Assembly: GCA_003971905.1 (NCBI GenBank)
Contig: RSEE01000116.1
Location: forward strand, 124,001 to 187,065
DNA from: Moniliella sp. 'wahieum'
Lineage: Eukaryota
Direction of reading: 5' to 3'
Length of the DNA: 63,065 nt
Made by a program: the position numbers and the translations under genes. Under the pieces are notes generated by a model. That model made no database searches, was not told where the DNA came from, and saw nothing but the letters and a program-made list of their open reading frames with translations. Below are positions 1-12,262 of this stretch, piece by piece (position 1 is the stretch's first letter; each line of letters opens with the position of its first letter).

Positions 1-419
1 GGCGCAAGAAGGCGCAGGCGCAGGAGAAGGCGGCGGGCGTGGGTGGCGCAGTACGGCGGGCAGATGGGCGCGATGGAGCTGCCGTATGCGAGCGGCACGT
101 CGGCGTACAGCGAGACGGAGGACAAGTTTCTGCTTGTGCGGCTCGCGCACACGGGCTGGGCGAGGGCGTGTACGACACGATCCGCCACGAGATCCTCGCC
201 TCGCCGCTCTTCCGCTTCGACTGGTTCTTCAAGACGCGCGTGCCGGCCGAGCTGGCGCGGCGGGGCGCGTTCCTGCTGGGCATGCTCGACGGCAAGCGGC
301 GGCGCGACGACAGCCGTGGGGGGACGCCGACGGGGGGGGGAAGCGGCGCGCCGGCGGTGAGGAAGGGGGGGAAATGTAAGGGATGGCATTGTAACCGGTG
401 GATGGAGGGTAGATGGTAG
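1..419 (+). CDS. ISWI-family chromatin remodelling ATPase, C-terminal SLIDE domain (5'-truncated by window edge, frameshifted)
   Basis: Joined frames read YSETEDKFLLVRLAHTG-LGEGVYDTIRHEILASPLFRFDWFFKTRVPAELARRGAFLL, matching the ISWI SLIDE motif (EEDRFL...SPLFRFDWF..SR...EL.RR). Stop is at 379 or 419 depending on frame. Confidence 0.85.
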   Translation, partial: RKKAQAQEKAAGVGGAVRRADGRDGAAVCERHVGVQRDGGQVSACAARAHGLGEGVYDTIRHEILASPLFRFDWFFKTRVPAELARRGAFLLGMLDGKRRRDDSRGGTPTGGGSGAPAVRKGGKCKGWHCNRWMEGRW

Positions 420-726
420 ACAGAAGTACAATGTGCGATCGGAGATCAGAGATCGGAGAGCAGCGCCGCTTGCGCCGAAGCAGCACGGCGCGTGTGTTTT
501 GCGTGTGTTTTGGAGCGGCGCGAACTTTCAGCCATCGTGTTTCGGCTGGGGGCTGTGCCGCCGTGGCGCTCCGAGTGCGCCGTCGGAGCTCGCCGTCCAG
601 CAGGCACCCAGCACTTGTACTGCCCACAGGACGCAGCTCAAGCCATCTTTGTCCTGGCGTGCGCACTGACACTAGTCGCTGCCCTCCTCTCCCCCCAGTG
701 CACCAGCAAACCAAGCCGCAGACCTG

Positions 727-734
727 TATATAAA
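727..734 (+). promoter_or_regulatory. TATA box (TATATAAA) upstream of the secreted-protein gene
   Basis: Canonical TATATAAA in GC-rich context, about 55 nt before ATG 787. Confidence 0.55.
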
Positions 735-786
735 CCCCGCCAGCCGCAGCACCCGCCCGCCGTCTTCTCGTTTCCCCCCCAACCCC

Positions 787-1422
787 ATGATGCTCGCCCA
801 CCTCCTTCTCCCGCTCGCCGCGCTCCTCCTCCCGCTCGCCGGCGCCCTCGCCCCCTCCCCGCCCCCGCGCCCAGACAGACCTCGTGTCCAAGGCCTACAA
901 CTCCTCGGGCACCCTCCACTTTGGCGACTTTGGCGACACGTGCGCACCCGGCATCTGCTGGAACGCCAGCTTTGGCTCCGTCCGCAACGCCAGTGGCCAC
1001 GTCGAGCTGGCCCTGCGCGACCACGGCGCGCTCATTGCCGGCGAGACGTTCAGTTTCTGGGAAGTCGTCTCCACCACCCGCGGCACCAAGCGCGGCGACG
1101 GCTACGGCGTGCTCCAGTCCGAGCGCGGCAACTGCATCTCGCTCTCGCGCATGCCCACCTCGACCTCGGACGTTGTGCCGTTCACCGCGGCGCCATGCAT
1201 TTGGGAGGACGAGATGACGCTGCAGATGTGGCACATGTTCGTCATGAACGAAAACGTCACCTACTTTGGCTTCTTTGGCGATAAGAAGGTCACTGGCACC
1301 GACACGCTCTATGGCTACACCAACTCCTCCGACAGCAAAGCGATCATGGGCATGTACCTCCTGACGGAGCAGTACCCGGCCACCAGTGGCTCTGGTACCG
1401 CAACACCACCAACTCGGCCTGA
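787..1422 (+). CDS. Secreted protein of unknown function (possible ricin-B-like subdomain)
   Basis: Signal peptide MMLAHLLLPLAALLLPLAGALA, then a frameshift into ORF 884 (KAYNSSGTLHFGDF...GNCISL...AAPC...QMW...). Several N-glycosylation sequons and strong C-ending codon bias. Probable stop TGA 1420-1422. Confidence 0.65.
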
Positions 1423-2005
1423 GGAGAGAACGGATTCCGATTCCTCATTCCTCCCCATCCGCCTCGCTTGCGTTCGTTGTTTGATCTTTTTCTTTTTCTT
1501 GGTTGGATGGGGGGTCGTTATTTGGGCCCCGTACCGCCCCACTGTTTGAACCTGGTCTTGTGCGGACAGTCGAGCGCACTGACTAGTGACTAGTGACTGC
1601 GCTCCCCGCGAATCGAATTGCAATCGCGATCGCAATTCCATCCCGTAGTCACTAGCCAGCCTCCCTGGGCCCATCCGTCCCGCCCACACCGTCGTGCTCC
1701 ATAGCCACTCACCAGGCTCAGGTCTCACGCCTCACGCCTCGCGACTGCCCAGCTTCCCGAGAACGAGCGGGGGCAGGTCCCCGGTGGGCTAGGTGGCGAC
1801 GTGCACACACAGTGGAGAGCAATGCAACAACCGACTAAATACTGAGTTAGCCAGCCCCCCGAGGACAGGTGGGCTGGAATTGCACAGGGCACCCCGACGA
1901 AGGTTTAGGTAAGCCCCCCCCCCAATTACTTTTTTCGCCTCGCCCCCCTCCGCGCTTGGGCTGGCTCGGCCCCCGAACGCCTCTGCTCGCAGCGCCTCCT
2001 CCGCC

Positions 2006-3440
2006 ATGGCTACCTGGAGCGGCGGCCACGTCACCCTCGCCCAGCTCAGCAGCGTCGTGTCTGGCACCAACCTGGCGCTGCTCCAGAGCGTCGGCAAGCA
2101 GCTCCAGCACCGCCACATTGCCGGCTCAGCCGCTGTGACCGAGACGACGATCAAGACGCTTCGCTCGGTCGTGGCGACAAGCAAGTTTTGGGACGTGGAG
2201 CGTCTGCTGCTCATCCTGCGTCTGTCCGGACGCTACTTGCAGCAGTGCCAGCCGGCCGAGCCGGCGGTAGGCAATGCGACACTGCGTGTGCTGGCGCTGT
2301 TGCGCGAAGAACTCGCTTCGCTCGACTCGACCGCGCCGCGGAAAGATGCGCGCGGGACGACGATGCGTGGCTTGCTGGCCAGCGAACCGGAACCTTCCAA
2401 GTTGTCCGCCACTGCTCCCGCCACCGCTCCCGCTACCGCTACCGCCACTGCGACCGCCCCCGCCACCGCGGCCGGTTCCAAATCCGATCCCAAATCCGAC
2501 TATGGCACGTTGGGCAACAAGTTCCTCGTTGATCCTGCCCAAGAAGGCGGGAGCAACACGAGCGAAAGCGACTCGGACTCGGACTCGGACCACCGCCCAC
2601 AACAGCTTAACCGCGGCATCTCCCATCAACTCAAGCCCGTCCTGGCTGAGATGATGCAGGAAATGATTGATGAGCTGGAGTTGACCAACTCCAACATCTC
2701 CAAACTGGCTAAACAACAGGTCCACTCTGGGTGCGTAACCCCCCCTCCCTCCAGTCCCTTTATCTTTGTTTGTCCGTCTGTAGTGCCCAACTGACTCGTC
2801 CGGCATGCTGCAGCGAGCTCATCCTCACCCTCGGCCGGTCGTCGGCGGTGTAGTAGAAGCGTTCCTCAAGGCGGCCGCCAAGGACCGCACGTTTTCCGTC
2901 CTGGTGCTTGAAAGTGCGCCGGGCATGTGGGGCCATAGCACGGCGGCGAACCTAGCCAAGGCGGGGATCCATACGATGCTCATCTCCGATGGAGTTTGTA
3001 CGCGTGGATCCCAAGGTGAGCAAGGTATTGCTCGGGGCGCACTTTATCTTGGCCAGTGGTGCCGCGGTGGTCGAGGCGGGTGGGGCGGTGGTAGCAACAG
3101 CAGCCAAGATGCACTCTACGCCATTCACCATCGTCGCTGGCACATACAAGATTTGTCCGAACTGGGACCGATTCCCAGCGCAGACGACGCACTCGCCCGC
3201 TTTGCCCTACCTTGCAGCTGCGCTCGAACTTGCCCTCCCGCCGGCCCAGGCTTTGCCCATCGACGACCAAATTTCCTCCCGCGCAGTGGAACAGACGGAA
3301 ATCGTCGCTCCCATGTACGATCTCGTCCCACCCCCCTCATCCAGGCCCTCTTCACCAACATGGGCGGCTTCCCCACCTCCCACGTCTCCCGCCTGGTCAA
3401 GGACCAGTACCACAACGACGATGTCAGCGCCTTGGCCTAA
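2006..3440 (+). CDS. GCD7: Translation initiation factor eIF2B beta subunit
   Basis: QPAEPAVGNATLRVLALLREE, EMIDELE, ELILTLG, VEAFLKAAAKDR.FSVLVLESAP, VSKVLLGAH and LFTNMGGFPTSHVSRL motifs. Intron 2731-2813 (GTGCGT..CTGAC..CAG); indels. Confidence 0.88.
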
Positions 3441-3744
3441 CCGCCCCTCGGGATCTGCCTCCGTCGCACCCTCTCCCCCCCCCTCTCCCCCTCCTTCCCA
3501 CGCGTCTGTCCAGCCTGCCCACTGCTAGCCAATCCCACAGTCCCACAGTCCCACAGTCCCATTCCCTCCCGTGACCCATCCCCCGCATGGGCGCACCAGC
3601 CCCACCCCGAGAGGGAAGCCCACAACCGCCCCGCCCGAAACACAGACAGGATGCATAGATTCTCCCGGGACCCCAGTCCGCTTTTGCTGCCCCGCGCTAG
3701 CTCTAGCTCTCGCCGTCAGGTTCTTTGCCGGTCTGGGTTCCCAC

Positions 3745-3790
3745 CCAGGGCTGCGCCACACATAGTACCAGGGCTGCGCCACACATAGTA
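3745..3790. repeat. Tandem duplication of 23-bp unit CCAGGGCTGCGCCACACATAGTA (x2)
   Basis: Read directly. A nearby (CCCACAGT)n run lies at about 3534-3561. Confidence 0.85.
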
Positions 3791-5310
3791 CCCACCGCTG
3801 CCCACCGCCCACCGCCCACCGCCCACCGGCGCACAGGTCCCGCACAGAGACCAGCACCTGTTGGTCAGCCTGGACTGGACGGACCACTTGCTTCCTCCCG
3901 CCCACGTCGCAACCGCTTGGCCCTGGCCCTGTCCGAGGCCGAACAGGAATCCCGTGGCCCATCGCTCGTGGGCAACTGAACCTGGGACGCAGGAGGGGTA
4001 CCGTGCGACGGCCTACCCGCTCAGGGCTGTGCCCTGTACCGCCGCTCCCACACATGGCACTTCGTACCGTCAGCGCTCAGTACTCAGTCTCGCTCCTCGT
4101 GGGCGTCGCTGCGGCCCGTCGTGGGAAGCGGTCTAGGCGGTATCTACTCGTGAGGGGGGTGCACAGCCCGACTCCGAGGCAGCTTGGACCGCAGCCGGCA
4201 GTGGTGTAGGTATAGGAAGGTCGTGGACATGACGCCGGGGATCCCACGCAGCGCTACGATCCAACGCTTGGTGCATGCGGATCCACAGTGCGTTAGCTCT
4301 GGGTACGTGTCAGTACGTGTCGGTCCCACTGGCACCACCAGCCCAGGGAAGCAGGAGCGAACGACCGGAGCACGGTGCACCGTGCACCGTTCAGCTTGCC
4401 GTTTGCCGCTCTCTGCCGCCGGGGTGAGCGGGTGCCGCCGTGTGGGACGTCGGGCCCAGAGGAGCGAGGTCTATCTAGAGTATAGTCGCTTCAACTGGTC
4501 CCCTACTACCATCACTGCAGTGCGGCTGGCCAGGCTCCTTGTTGGTGTCTGTCTGTGGCCCCCGTCCGCCCGGAGTGGCGCGCTGCAGCTACGTTCGTAT
4601 GCTTTCCTTCTCTCTCTCTTTCTTCTTTCTTTCTTTCTCTCTCTCTGGGGGGGCGCAACCCCGCCATGCACATCAATGGCGCAATACAAACTAACCCTGA
4701 GGTGAATCCAGAACAGGTAGAGGGGGTGCACGACCTCACGGGACGCGAGACGATCAGAGACGAGCGATGAAGGGGTTCCCCGCGGGCAAGCCCACGACGT
4801 CAATCAACACTTCCGCGCCGTGAGCCGCCAGCGGACGTACATATCCAGCATGGTGGCATGGCATTGACGCTCGTCCGAACTCGTCGCCTATAGTATTCGA
4901 GACCGTGACACCGGTGAGGCAGGAACGCATGGACTGGGTAGGTCGGTGGGTGGGCGTGGAACAACTCAGACGCCTTCGGTACGTTGAGTTGACCTCGTAG
5001 CGGGCGGGGGAGAGCAGTGCTAAAGCTGGAAACACGTGCTGGAGCAGTGGATGGGGACGGGTAAGCAAAGGGACTACAGTAGAGCCTGTGGGCCTAAAAA
5101 AGGATATGAGCATTGTAACAACAATGTGACCCGGAGGCAGGGGGGAGAGCGGGGGGGGGGTATGGACAACAAGTGTGGAACCAGACAAAACACGCCAAAA
5201 CAAAAAAAAACAAAACAATAGAGGGAAAGTCTGTGGGGAGGTATATAGATGGGCAAAGGGAAGACGGGGGGGGAAGTGAGCGGCCCTGGGCCGTAGGCGA
5301 GGGGCGGGAG

Positions 5311-5828
5311 TTAGAGCAAGGAAGATAAGTGCGATCGTCGTGCGTTCCAGCAAGTAGAGCAGTACGCTGCGAATTCGGTTGGGGCGCGGTAGGCCAGCTG
5401 GCAAAACACGTCGCACTGCGAACACTGCATGTTCTTGATCCGGCTCCTCGACCTGGGCGATCAAAGGGAGACGAGAAGCATTGGGTTAGCTTCCAGTGTG
5501 CGTGGGGTGTGCGTGGCGCGTGCACAGCGGCGGTACGGGGGGGGGGGGGGGGCGTACCATCCAATGTAAGGCCCGGCGGGGGAGCGGGCGGGGTGTGCCT
5601 GGGTGGCGCGCAGGGGGGAGGTGGCGACGGGCGAGTGGGGCGGGGCGAGCATGATGCGCCCAGGCGGCGAGGGGGAGGAGGAAGAGGAGAGGAGGGCGGA
5701 AGAGGAGACAGAAGAGCAGGAGCAAGAGGCTGGTGCGTTGGCGCTGAGAGAGCGGAGGAGGACGGGGAGGAAGCAGGAGGACGCGTCCTGGGGGGGGGAG
5801 TGGAGCTGGCAGCAGGGAGGGTGGACAT
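5311..5828 (-). CDS. Small Ser/Pro-rich protein with C-terminal CxxC-x17-CxxC putative zinc ribbon (2 exons)
   Basis: TATA at 5908-5915 (minus). Intron 5453-5557 (GTACGC..GCTAAC..CAG) splices in frame to give PAGPYIGW-SRSRIKNMQCSQCDVFCQLAYRAPTEFAAYCSTCWNARRSHLSSLL*. Start codon uncertain (5828, 5888 or ~5652). Confidence 0.6.
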
Positions 5829-8377
5829 GCTGGTGGAGGTGCAATGCGCAGAGCAAGCAGCGGACAGCGCAGGCGGTCGCATGGACATCTACACCGAAAG
5901 GGCTGGGTTATATAAGGGCTTGTGAGGCTAGCAGGGCGCGGTGGAGCAGCGCGGAGCAGCGCACCAGTCGACTCTCATCCGGCGCAGTGGGTTTCTGCGG
6001 CGCAACATGTTTTTGTGGGTGGACACGCAAAGGGGCAATAAGGGATTTTGCTCACAGGCCGTTCAGGGGGTGGCGATTTGATGGAATGGCCGAGAGACGC
6101 GAGAGAGCAGCAGAGCACTTGTTGGATCCAGACGACGAAAGAGAGGGCCGGCAGGATGGCGCAGCCGATGAACGGGCTGTGGAATCCTCCACAACAACTC
6201 ATATGTGTTCGGTTGATGTGTGCGTTGTATTATTCGCTACCGGGGGGCGCCACACAACCGCACGCCCACACGGCCGGAGCACGCAGCGAAAACCGGACAG
6301 AGCCCCCTTTTGCGATTCAAGAGTGGGTCTGGACACCAAGAGGGGCCGCCGCGCAGGCACGTTTATAGATGGCCGAATGGCTGTTCCCAGCCAAAACGAG
6401 AGCTAATCTGGGCCGGAGCATCCGCTGGACAGAAATGATATGGGCTGGACCGCCGGCATCACTGCCATGGGGCAGCAGCTCTGTCTCTCCGTCCTCGGTT
6501 GTTGTCCATCATTACTGTCACTGCTGATGAACATCTCAACGTCCACAGCGCCTAATACTATGGTTGCCCGTTTCGGCATACCTGCGTGGATGCATCCTTT
6601 GGCCTGTGGTCGCACGGCGGATGGACAGCTACGTGCGCCAACTGTGCGTCTACGGCGGGGTGGGGGGGGGTGTGTTGCGCGCAAGACGAAAAGGGGCAAA
6701 GGGGGGGCAAGGGGGGGCAGCACGAATGGCCAAATTCACAAGAGAGGGGTAGAGAGGGGGCGGAGGCAGGCGGGAGCAGAGAGACAGACACGGGGGGAGC
6801 GTCATCGGCTCCTCACTGGCCCCTTTCCGCGGGCCAATCGCAGACGCAATATATTGATAGGAAGGCAATCGGGCATGAGAAACGTTCAACCGCAGGCTCC
6901 ACAGGGTATATACTCTACACTTGCTGTACTTGGCGTTCCTCAGGATTCGTTGTCCGCAGCCAACTGCCATCTTTTGCCACCGCCACGCTCTTCGCTCTAC
7001 TGATCACCTCGTTTCCGCTACATTGCTACCGTCGGAGTAGCCCTCTAGCTTGAAGGCGGATTGCCGAATAGAGTGCTCTGCCTCCATGCCGCAGCGCTAT
7101 ATACTTTCGACTTGTCGGAGCAAAAAGCGGAATGCGATATAGAAGACCACAATACGCCTCCAGCGGGCTACACTCCAAAAGCCGTTCTCCCCCCTGGTCA
7201 TGATGAAGCGCGTGGGTATTACCGCTATGCGAAGACGGCCCAGAAGTTTTTGGGAGCACGGTGAAAAGGAATTGACGATGAGCCAGCGGCGGATACAAGT
7301 GCGCAGCATTTCTTTGGCCATCCAGCTTGAGGCTCTTGAGGAGCCCTGCAAACGACACAAGAACACACACTGTGTTGGGAGCAATATTATGGAGCGCCCA
7401 TCGGACCTGGTTGGGTTGGACGTTGGGTTGGGCGGTGGATACTATTTTGCTTGGGGTGCTTTGTTAGCGAGCGGCAGAGTAAGCACCGCCCACCGACCTA
7501 TTCCCGGGGGGGGGGCAGTCGATATGATCTACTTGACTGCACGTCTCCCAGCAGTGTTTCCCTTTGCCGGCACAGCTTTTGTTTTCGTTGGTACTGGGCG
7601 GGTGAGCAGGCGGGCCAAGGGGATGTCGATCGTGGCGGATCCGGGATGGACGGGGGCAGTCGAGTGGGGTTGAGGGGGCCATCGGGCGATCAGGATGCAG
7701 GCGAGGGAAGAGGAGGGCCGATGGGGATGGCGATGGCGATGAGGGTGGGGACGGGGCAGAGCGATGAGGATGAGATGGATGAGCCGGGCCAGTGCGCCAC
7801 ACGGCGTGTGAGACGCGGGCAGAAACCCACTGGGGCGCCACACGTGACACGTGTGATGGGCCGCTGTCACCGTCACCGCCGAGCACGTGGTCCTTGGCCT
7901 GCCTGGGTGCCTGCGCCCGCCGGCGCCACACGGCCGGCGCCACACGGAAGACACCCATCCGCGTCCCCGACGCTCCGTCGGTCGCCCATCGCGTCCAGCA
8001 CATCCCCCGACCGAACATACAAACCGAGGCAAGCCACGCCAGGGTCCGCCCTGCGTGTCTGCGGCGCAACCGACGCAGCGTGTGAGATGGAGAGACGCAG
8101 GTGACACGCACAGACAGACGACGCGAGTGACGAGTGCAGTCTGACACTTGGCGCTGGAAGCTCGAGTTGGGCACACAGACAGGCGAGGATGGGCGGCCTG
8201 GGTGCGGTGGGCGCAGGGAAGGGTGCTGGGCAGCAGGCTTTGGTAAGGGCAGGGGTTTGGTTTGTTCCCGGAGCAGACAGCAACCGCAGCCGTTAGTTAC
8301 TAGTTATACTTGCTCGTCGTGCCCTCCACCACCCACACTCCCAACACCTCTCGCTCGTGGGGTTGAGTGCCACCGCC

Positions 8378-11300
8378 ATGCACCCCGCTCCGCTGTCGAC
8401 CAGCACCGCCTCGGCCAGCACCGCCTCGGCCAGCACCCCTCGTCCCGCTCCGACCGCTCCTCTGTCGACGCCGACGTCGATGCGGATGCGGAGCCGTCGG
8501 TGCGTCCCCCCCACGCCGCGTGCCTCGGCGGACGAGGCAGGCGCGGCGGGGGGTACGGCTGCCCGACGTGCGGCCACCGCTTCCGGCGCAAGAACGGGCT
8601 GAGCCGGCAATGCGCTCGCACACGGGGAGAAGCCGTTCGGTGTGTCGCTCTGCAACTTCCGCTCCACGCGCACCGACAGCCTCCAGCGCCACATGAAGCT
8701 CCCACCCACCGCCGCCCTCGCGCTTCCACCGCGCCTGGGCCACCAGCCTACTCCCGCCGCCGCCGCCGCCGCCCCACCACCGCCTCGCCAACCCCTACTA
8801 CCCCTGGGACTCCGCCCGCGCGCCCCGCGCCCGCACCCACGCCCACGCCCATCACGCCGACGCCTGCCTTTCGCCCCGGCGCCACCTACTCCGCCGCGCC
8901 CCTCCAGACCGTCAGCCCCGGCTTCCCGGCGCCCCCTCGCCCACGCCGACGCACGCGGCCAGTTCGGCACTCGGACAGCTTCGGCCCCGACGCTGCCTCG
9001 GCCATGGCCTCCATCCTCAATCCACCACGGGCCCCCTGCCGCAGCCACCGCCGCTCTCCCGCCCGCGCGCCCTCGTCCGACTCGTACTCTGCCTCTCTCT
9101 CCTCTCGCTCTGGCAGCTCCGGCTCCATCCACAGCCACGCCGCCCGCGCCAGCTGGACCTGAGTGGGCGCAGCCCCTGGCGGCGTGTACGCGCCCTGCCT
9201 CCGTCGGGCAGCCCGTGGAGCGCCGACGGTGCGATGGCCCCGGGCCAACCGGCGAGAGGCGACGGAACGACAGCACGCAGTGCATTTAGTTCGCCTCGCA
9301 ACAGCTTTGCCCTGCCCCGGCGCCTTCGCACCATCGGTCCGTGTGGAATGCCCAGCAACAAGAGACGGCCACACGTTGATCATCCCATCTGCCTCGTCTT
9401 CCGTCGGCAACCACTGCGTCCACCACCATCTCCTCGTCTGCCTTGGCACCGCTGCCTCCGCCCCCGCCTGCGCCCGCACCGGCGCCGGGTCCGTTCGCCG
9501 CCCGCGCCCGCCATCCCCAAATCACATTACCGAGGGCTTTCCCTCCTCGACCGATTTCGACTTTGGCCACTCTTCACCTCGGCCCTGCGGAAGAGTCGGC
9601 GGGGGATTTGACTCGTACATGCCCAAGCCGCCAGCCTTTTCTCGCCAAACAAACAAGTCAGTATGGAAGATACACAGCAAACGCTCTCTCTACTGTTCTC
9701 TCTGTGGCGCTGTCTACCCTCCGCCTCTGGAGACGGTACGCACACGCATACGCACACGCACACGCACAAGCACGCCGAATTGCTTGGCTCCGCGGCCGAC
9801 GTTCTGTCCACCAACGCACGCCTCCCTACCCCACACACAGCCAAGTCCCCCACTCCAACCGACACTTGTCCCTTTGTGCTCAACTTTAATCGACACCTTC
9901 CCTTTATCCATGTTGCCACCATCCCGCAACTGTTCGACGACATTTTGGATGCAAGCGGCGAGGTCAAGATGACCAACCAGGCCAAGCAGATTGACCATCT
10001 CAAGCCATGCACAGAGATGTTCTGCGGGCCATGGCGATCGTCGGAGCGTCGTACGATAGCATGGTCCCTCGGACTACGGTGGTTTTGTCCCCGTGGCAGG
10101 AGAGGCACAGAGCGGTGGCCAGGTGGCCGAGGCGACGCCGCTGTCGGTGGATTGGTACGGTGCGTCAGAGCTAAAGAACAAGTTGTTGGCCGATCTGGCG
10201 GACCATCCACCGTCGACCGTACGAGCCACGTTTGCTCCCGGCCCCGATTCGCTGTTTAAAGACTTTTTGCACGAACCCACCCTTCTCCGTCGCGCCCAGG
10301 CCTTGGTGCTTCTGCAACTTGTCTCGCTCTTTTCCCAGTCCCGCGCGCACCAGAACCATGCGCGCCTACTCCACGGCGCGCTGGTTGCGATCGGAAGAGA
10401 GCTACTGACGGAAACTGCGCAACGCGAAGCGCTCGACCAACAACTCGCCCTCCAATCCGGCCAACTGAGCGCGTACGAAACTTGGCGCCAATGGGCTCGG
10501 CACATGGAACGCAAACGTACCATCTGGGCCATCGCAATTTGCGATGCGCTTCAATCCGTCCTGTTCCGTGTCCCGCCGTTTCTGCAGCCCACCGAGCTGA
10601 GCCAGATCGACTTGGCCAACTTGGGTGACCCAGCCATGTGGCAGGCCTCGTCCGAGGCCAGCTGGAGCGCGTTGCGCCATGCCGCTTCCCCTGCCCCGCC
10701 GCGGCGCAGCGTCGGCACTCCCTCCGCCCGCCTCCATCCCCTCGGTCCTGACTGCGCTCTTGGACGCGCCCACGGACGAGCCGGCGGCAGCACAACTGGC
10801 CTTGCTTGGGCCCTGTGGCAACTTGGCCATCGCCCTGTCGCTCCTGGCTGCCGTCACACAGGCGCTGCGCGTTGAAAGTCAACGCTGGCACAGTGTACGG
10901 GAAGCGGCGGGCGTTGCGCTGCTTGAGCGCGACGGGCAACAGGAACGGGTGGTGCAAGTGCAGTTGTCGCTACTGCAACTCGACGCGACGCAGCACACGA
11001 CGCTGCAGAAGACAGTTGAGGCATTGAAAAGCGACATGGCACGTGAACGGCAGCGCTTGCACCGTGGCCTGACGCGGTTCCGCACCTTGGCGCGGATGGA
11101 CGTGCCGGGGCCCGAGGCGGGGGCAGCCGGGTGGGTGGAGGAAAGTGCGTCGGTACTGTGTGCGGGGGAGACGCTGGTGCGCACGCTCGGTCCGAGCGAG
11201 CACGAGCAGGAGCACAAGCACCAACGTGAGACGCCACGCGAGCTAGCGGAACAAGTGGCCCTGTCCCCGTCGGCACCCTTGCGCCACTCGCCCGACCCGA

Positions 11301-11474
11301 CTGCCCGCTTGCTCGTCTCGCTCCGTCGGGCACTTCGTACGTGCGCCTTGCCCCTCGTACGCGCTTGTACCCCCAACTGCCCACCCGCTCGCCCCGCCCA
11401 TGCACACAGGGCTGCCCGACGACCCGTCCGTCGAACCCACCTCCTTCCGCGGCTTCTTCCCGCGCCTCCACTAG
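8378..11474 (+). CDS. C2H2 zinc-finger transcription factor with fungal-specific TF (Fungal_trans-like) domain, Adr1/AmdX-like architecture
   Basis: Two fingers across frameshifts: CPTCGHRFRRKNGLSR.MRSHTGEKP..C.LCNFRSTRTDSLQRHMK. Downstream FNRHLPFIHVAT and WRQWARHMERKRTIWAIAICDALQSVLFRVPPFL...MWQASSEASW motifs. 3' end approximate. Confidence 0.8.
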
Positions 11475-12262
11475 TCTACTCCCCCGACCCCCCTCGCTTC
11501 CTACCCCTTTCTTGTCTCGCGCCGTACGCCCGTCGGGCCCAGATCTCGAATTTTCTTGGGCCCCGGTACCCCCCCCCTCCCTCCCCGGCTTCTGCCGTCG
11601 GGCCCCGCTGTCGTTCGTCGGGCACCGTGCGAACTGACCCGCAGGGCCCCAGAGAAGCCCCCGCCCACAGTAGTGTCGTGTGCCTCGGTAGCTTTGTTTT
11701 TGTTCGGGGGGAAGCACCTCAACTCTCCCGTCTCCCCCCCCCCCCCGCGCTCTGTTGCCTGCTTCTATCTATCGTTTCACCTATCGTCTCTTCCTATCGT
11801 TTCTTCCTATCGTTTCGTGTCCCGTCCCCCCTTGTCCCCACGTGGCAGGGTGCTGCAACGATGCCATCATACATACCTGCTCGCTTTGCCGCTTAGGGTG
11901 GCGTCCGTCCATCTCGCCCTGCTGGCACCGCCTGCCGTTATTCCTACCACGCTAGACTAGACCAGAACAGTGACTAGTCACTAGTCACTAATCAAGCTTC
12001 AAGCTTCACGCTTCATGTTTTGCTCTTTACACTTCACGCCATCCCCCCAGAGCACTTGCGTTCCCCTTGTCCTTGGTCCCACCGCGCCACGCCAACGGCG
12101 ACGGTCGCGCGTGGCACGCTTGGAACGTGGCACCGGGCCGCTGGACACCCGCTCGGTAGCATGGCCAGACCACGCTCTCCCGCCCAACCGATGACCTTGC
12201 CAGGCCCAGCACCCGAACGAAGCAAGGGAGGCAACAGCCCAGTGCGGTGCGTCGAGACGCAA

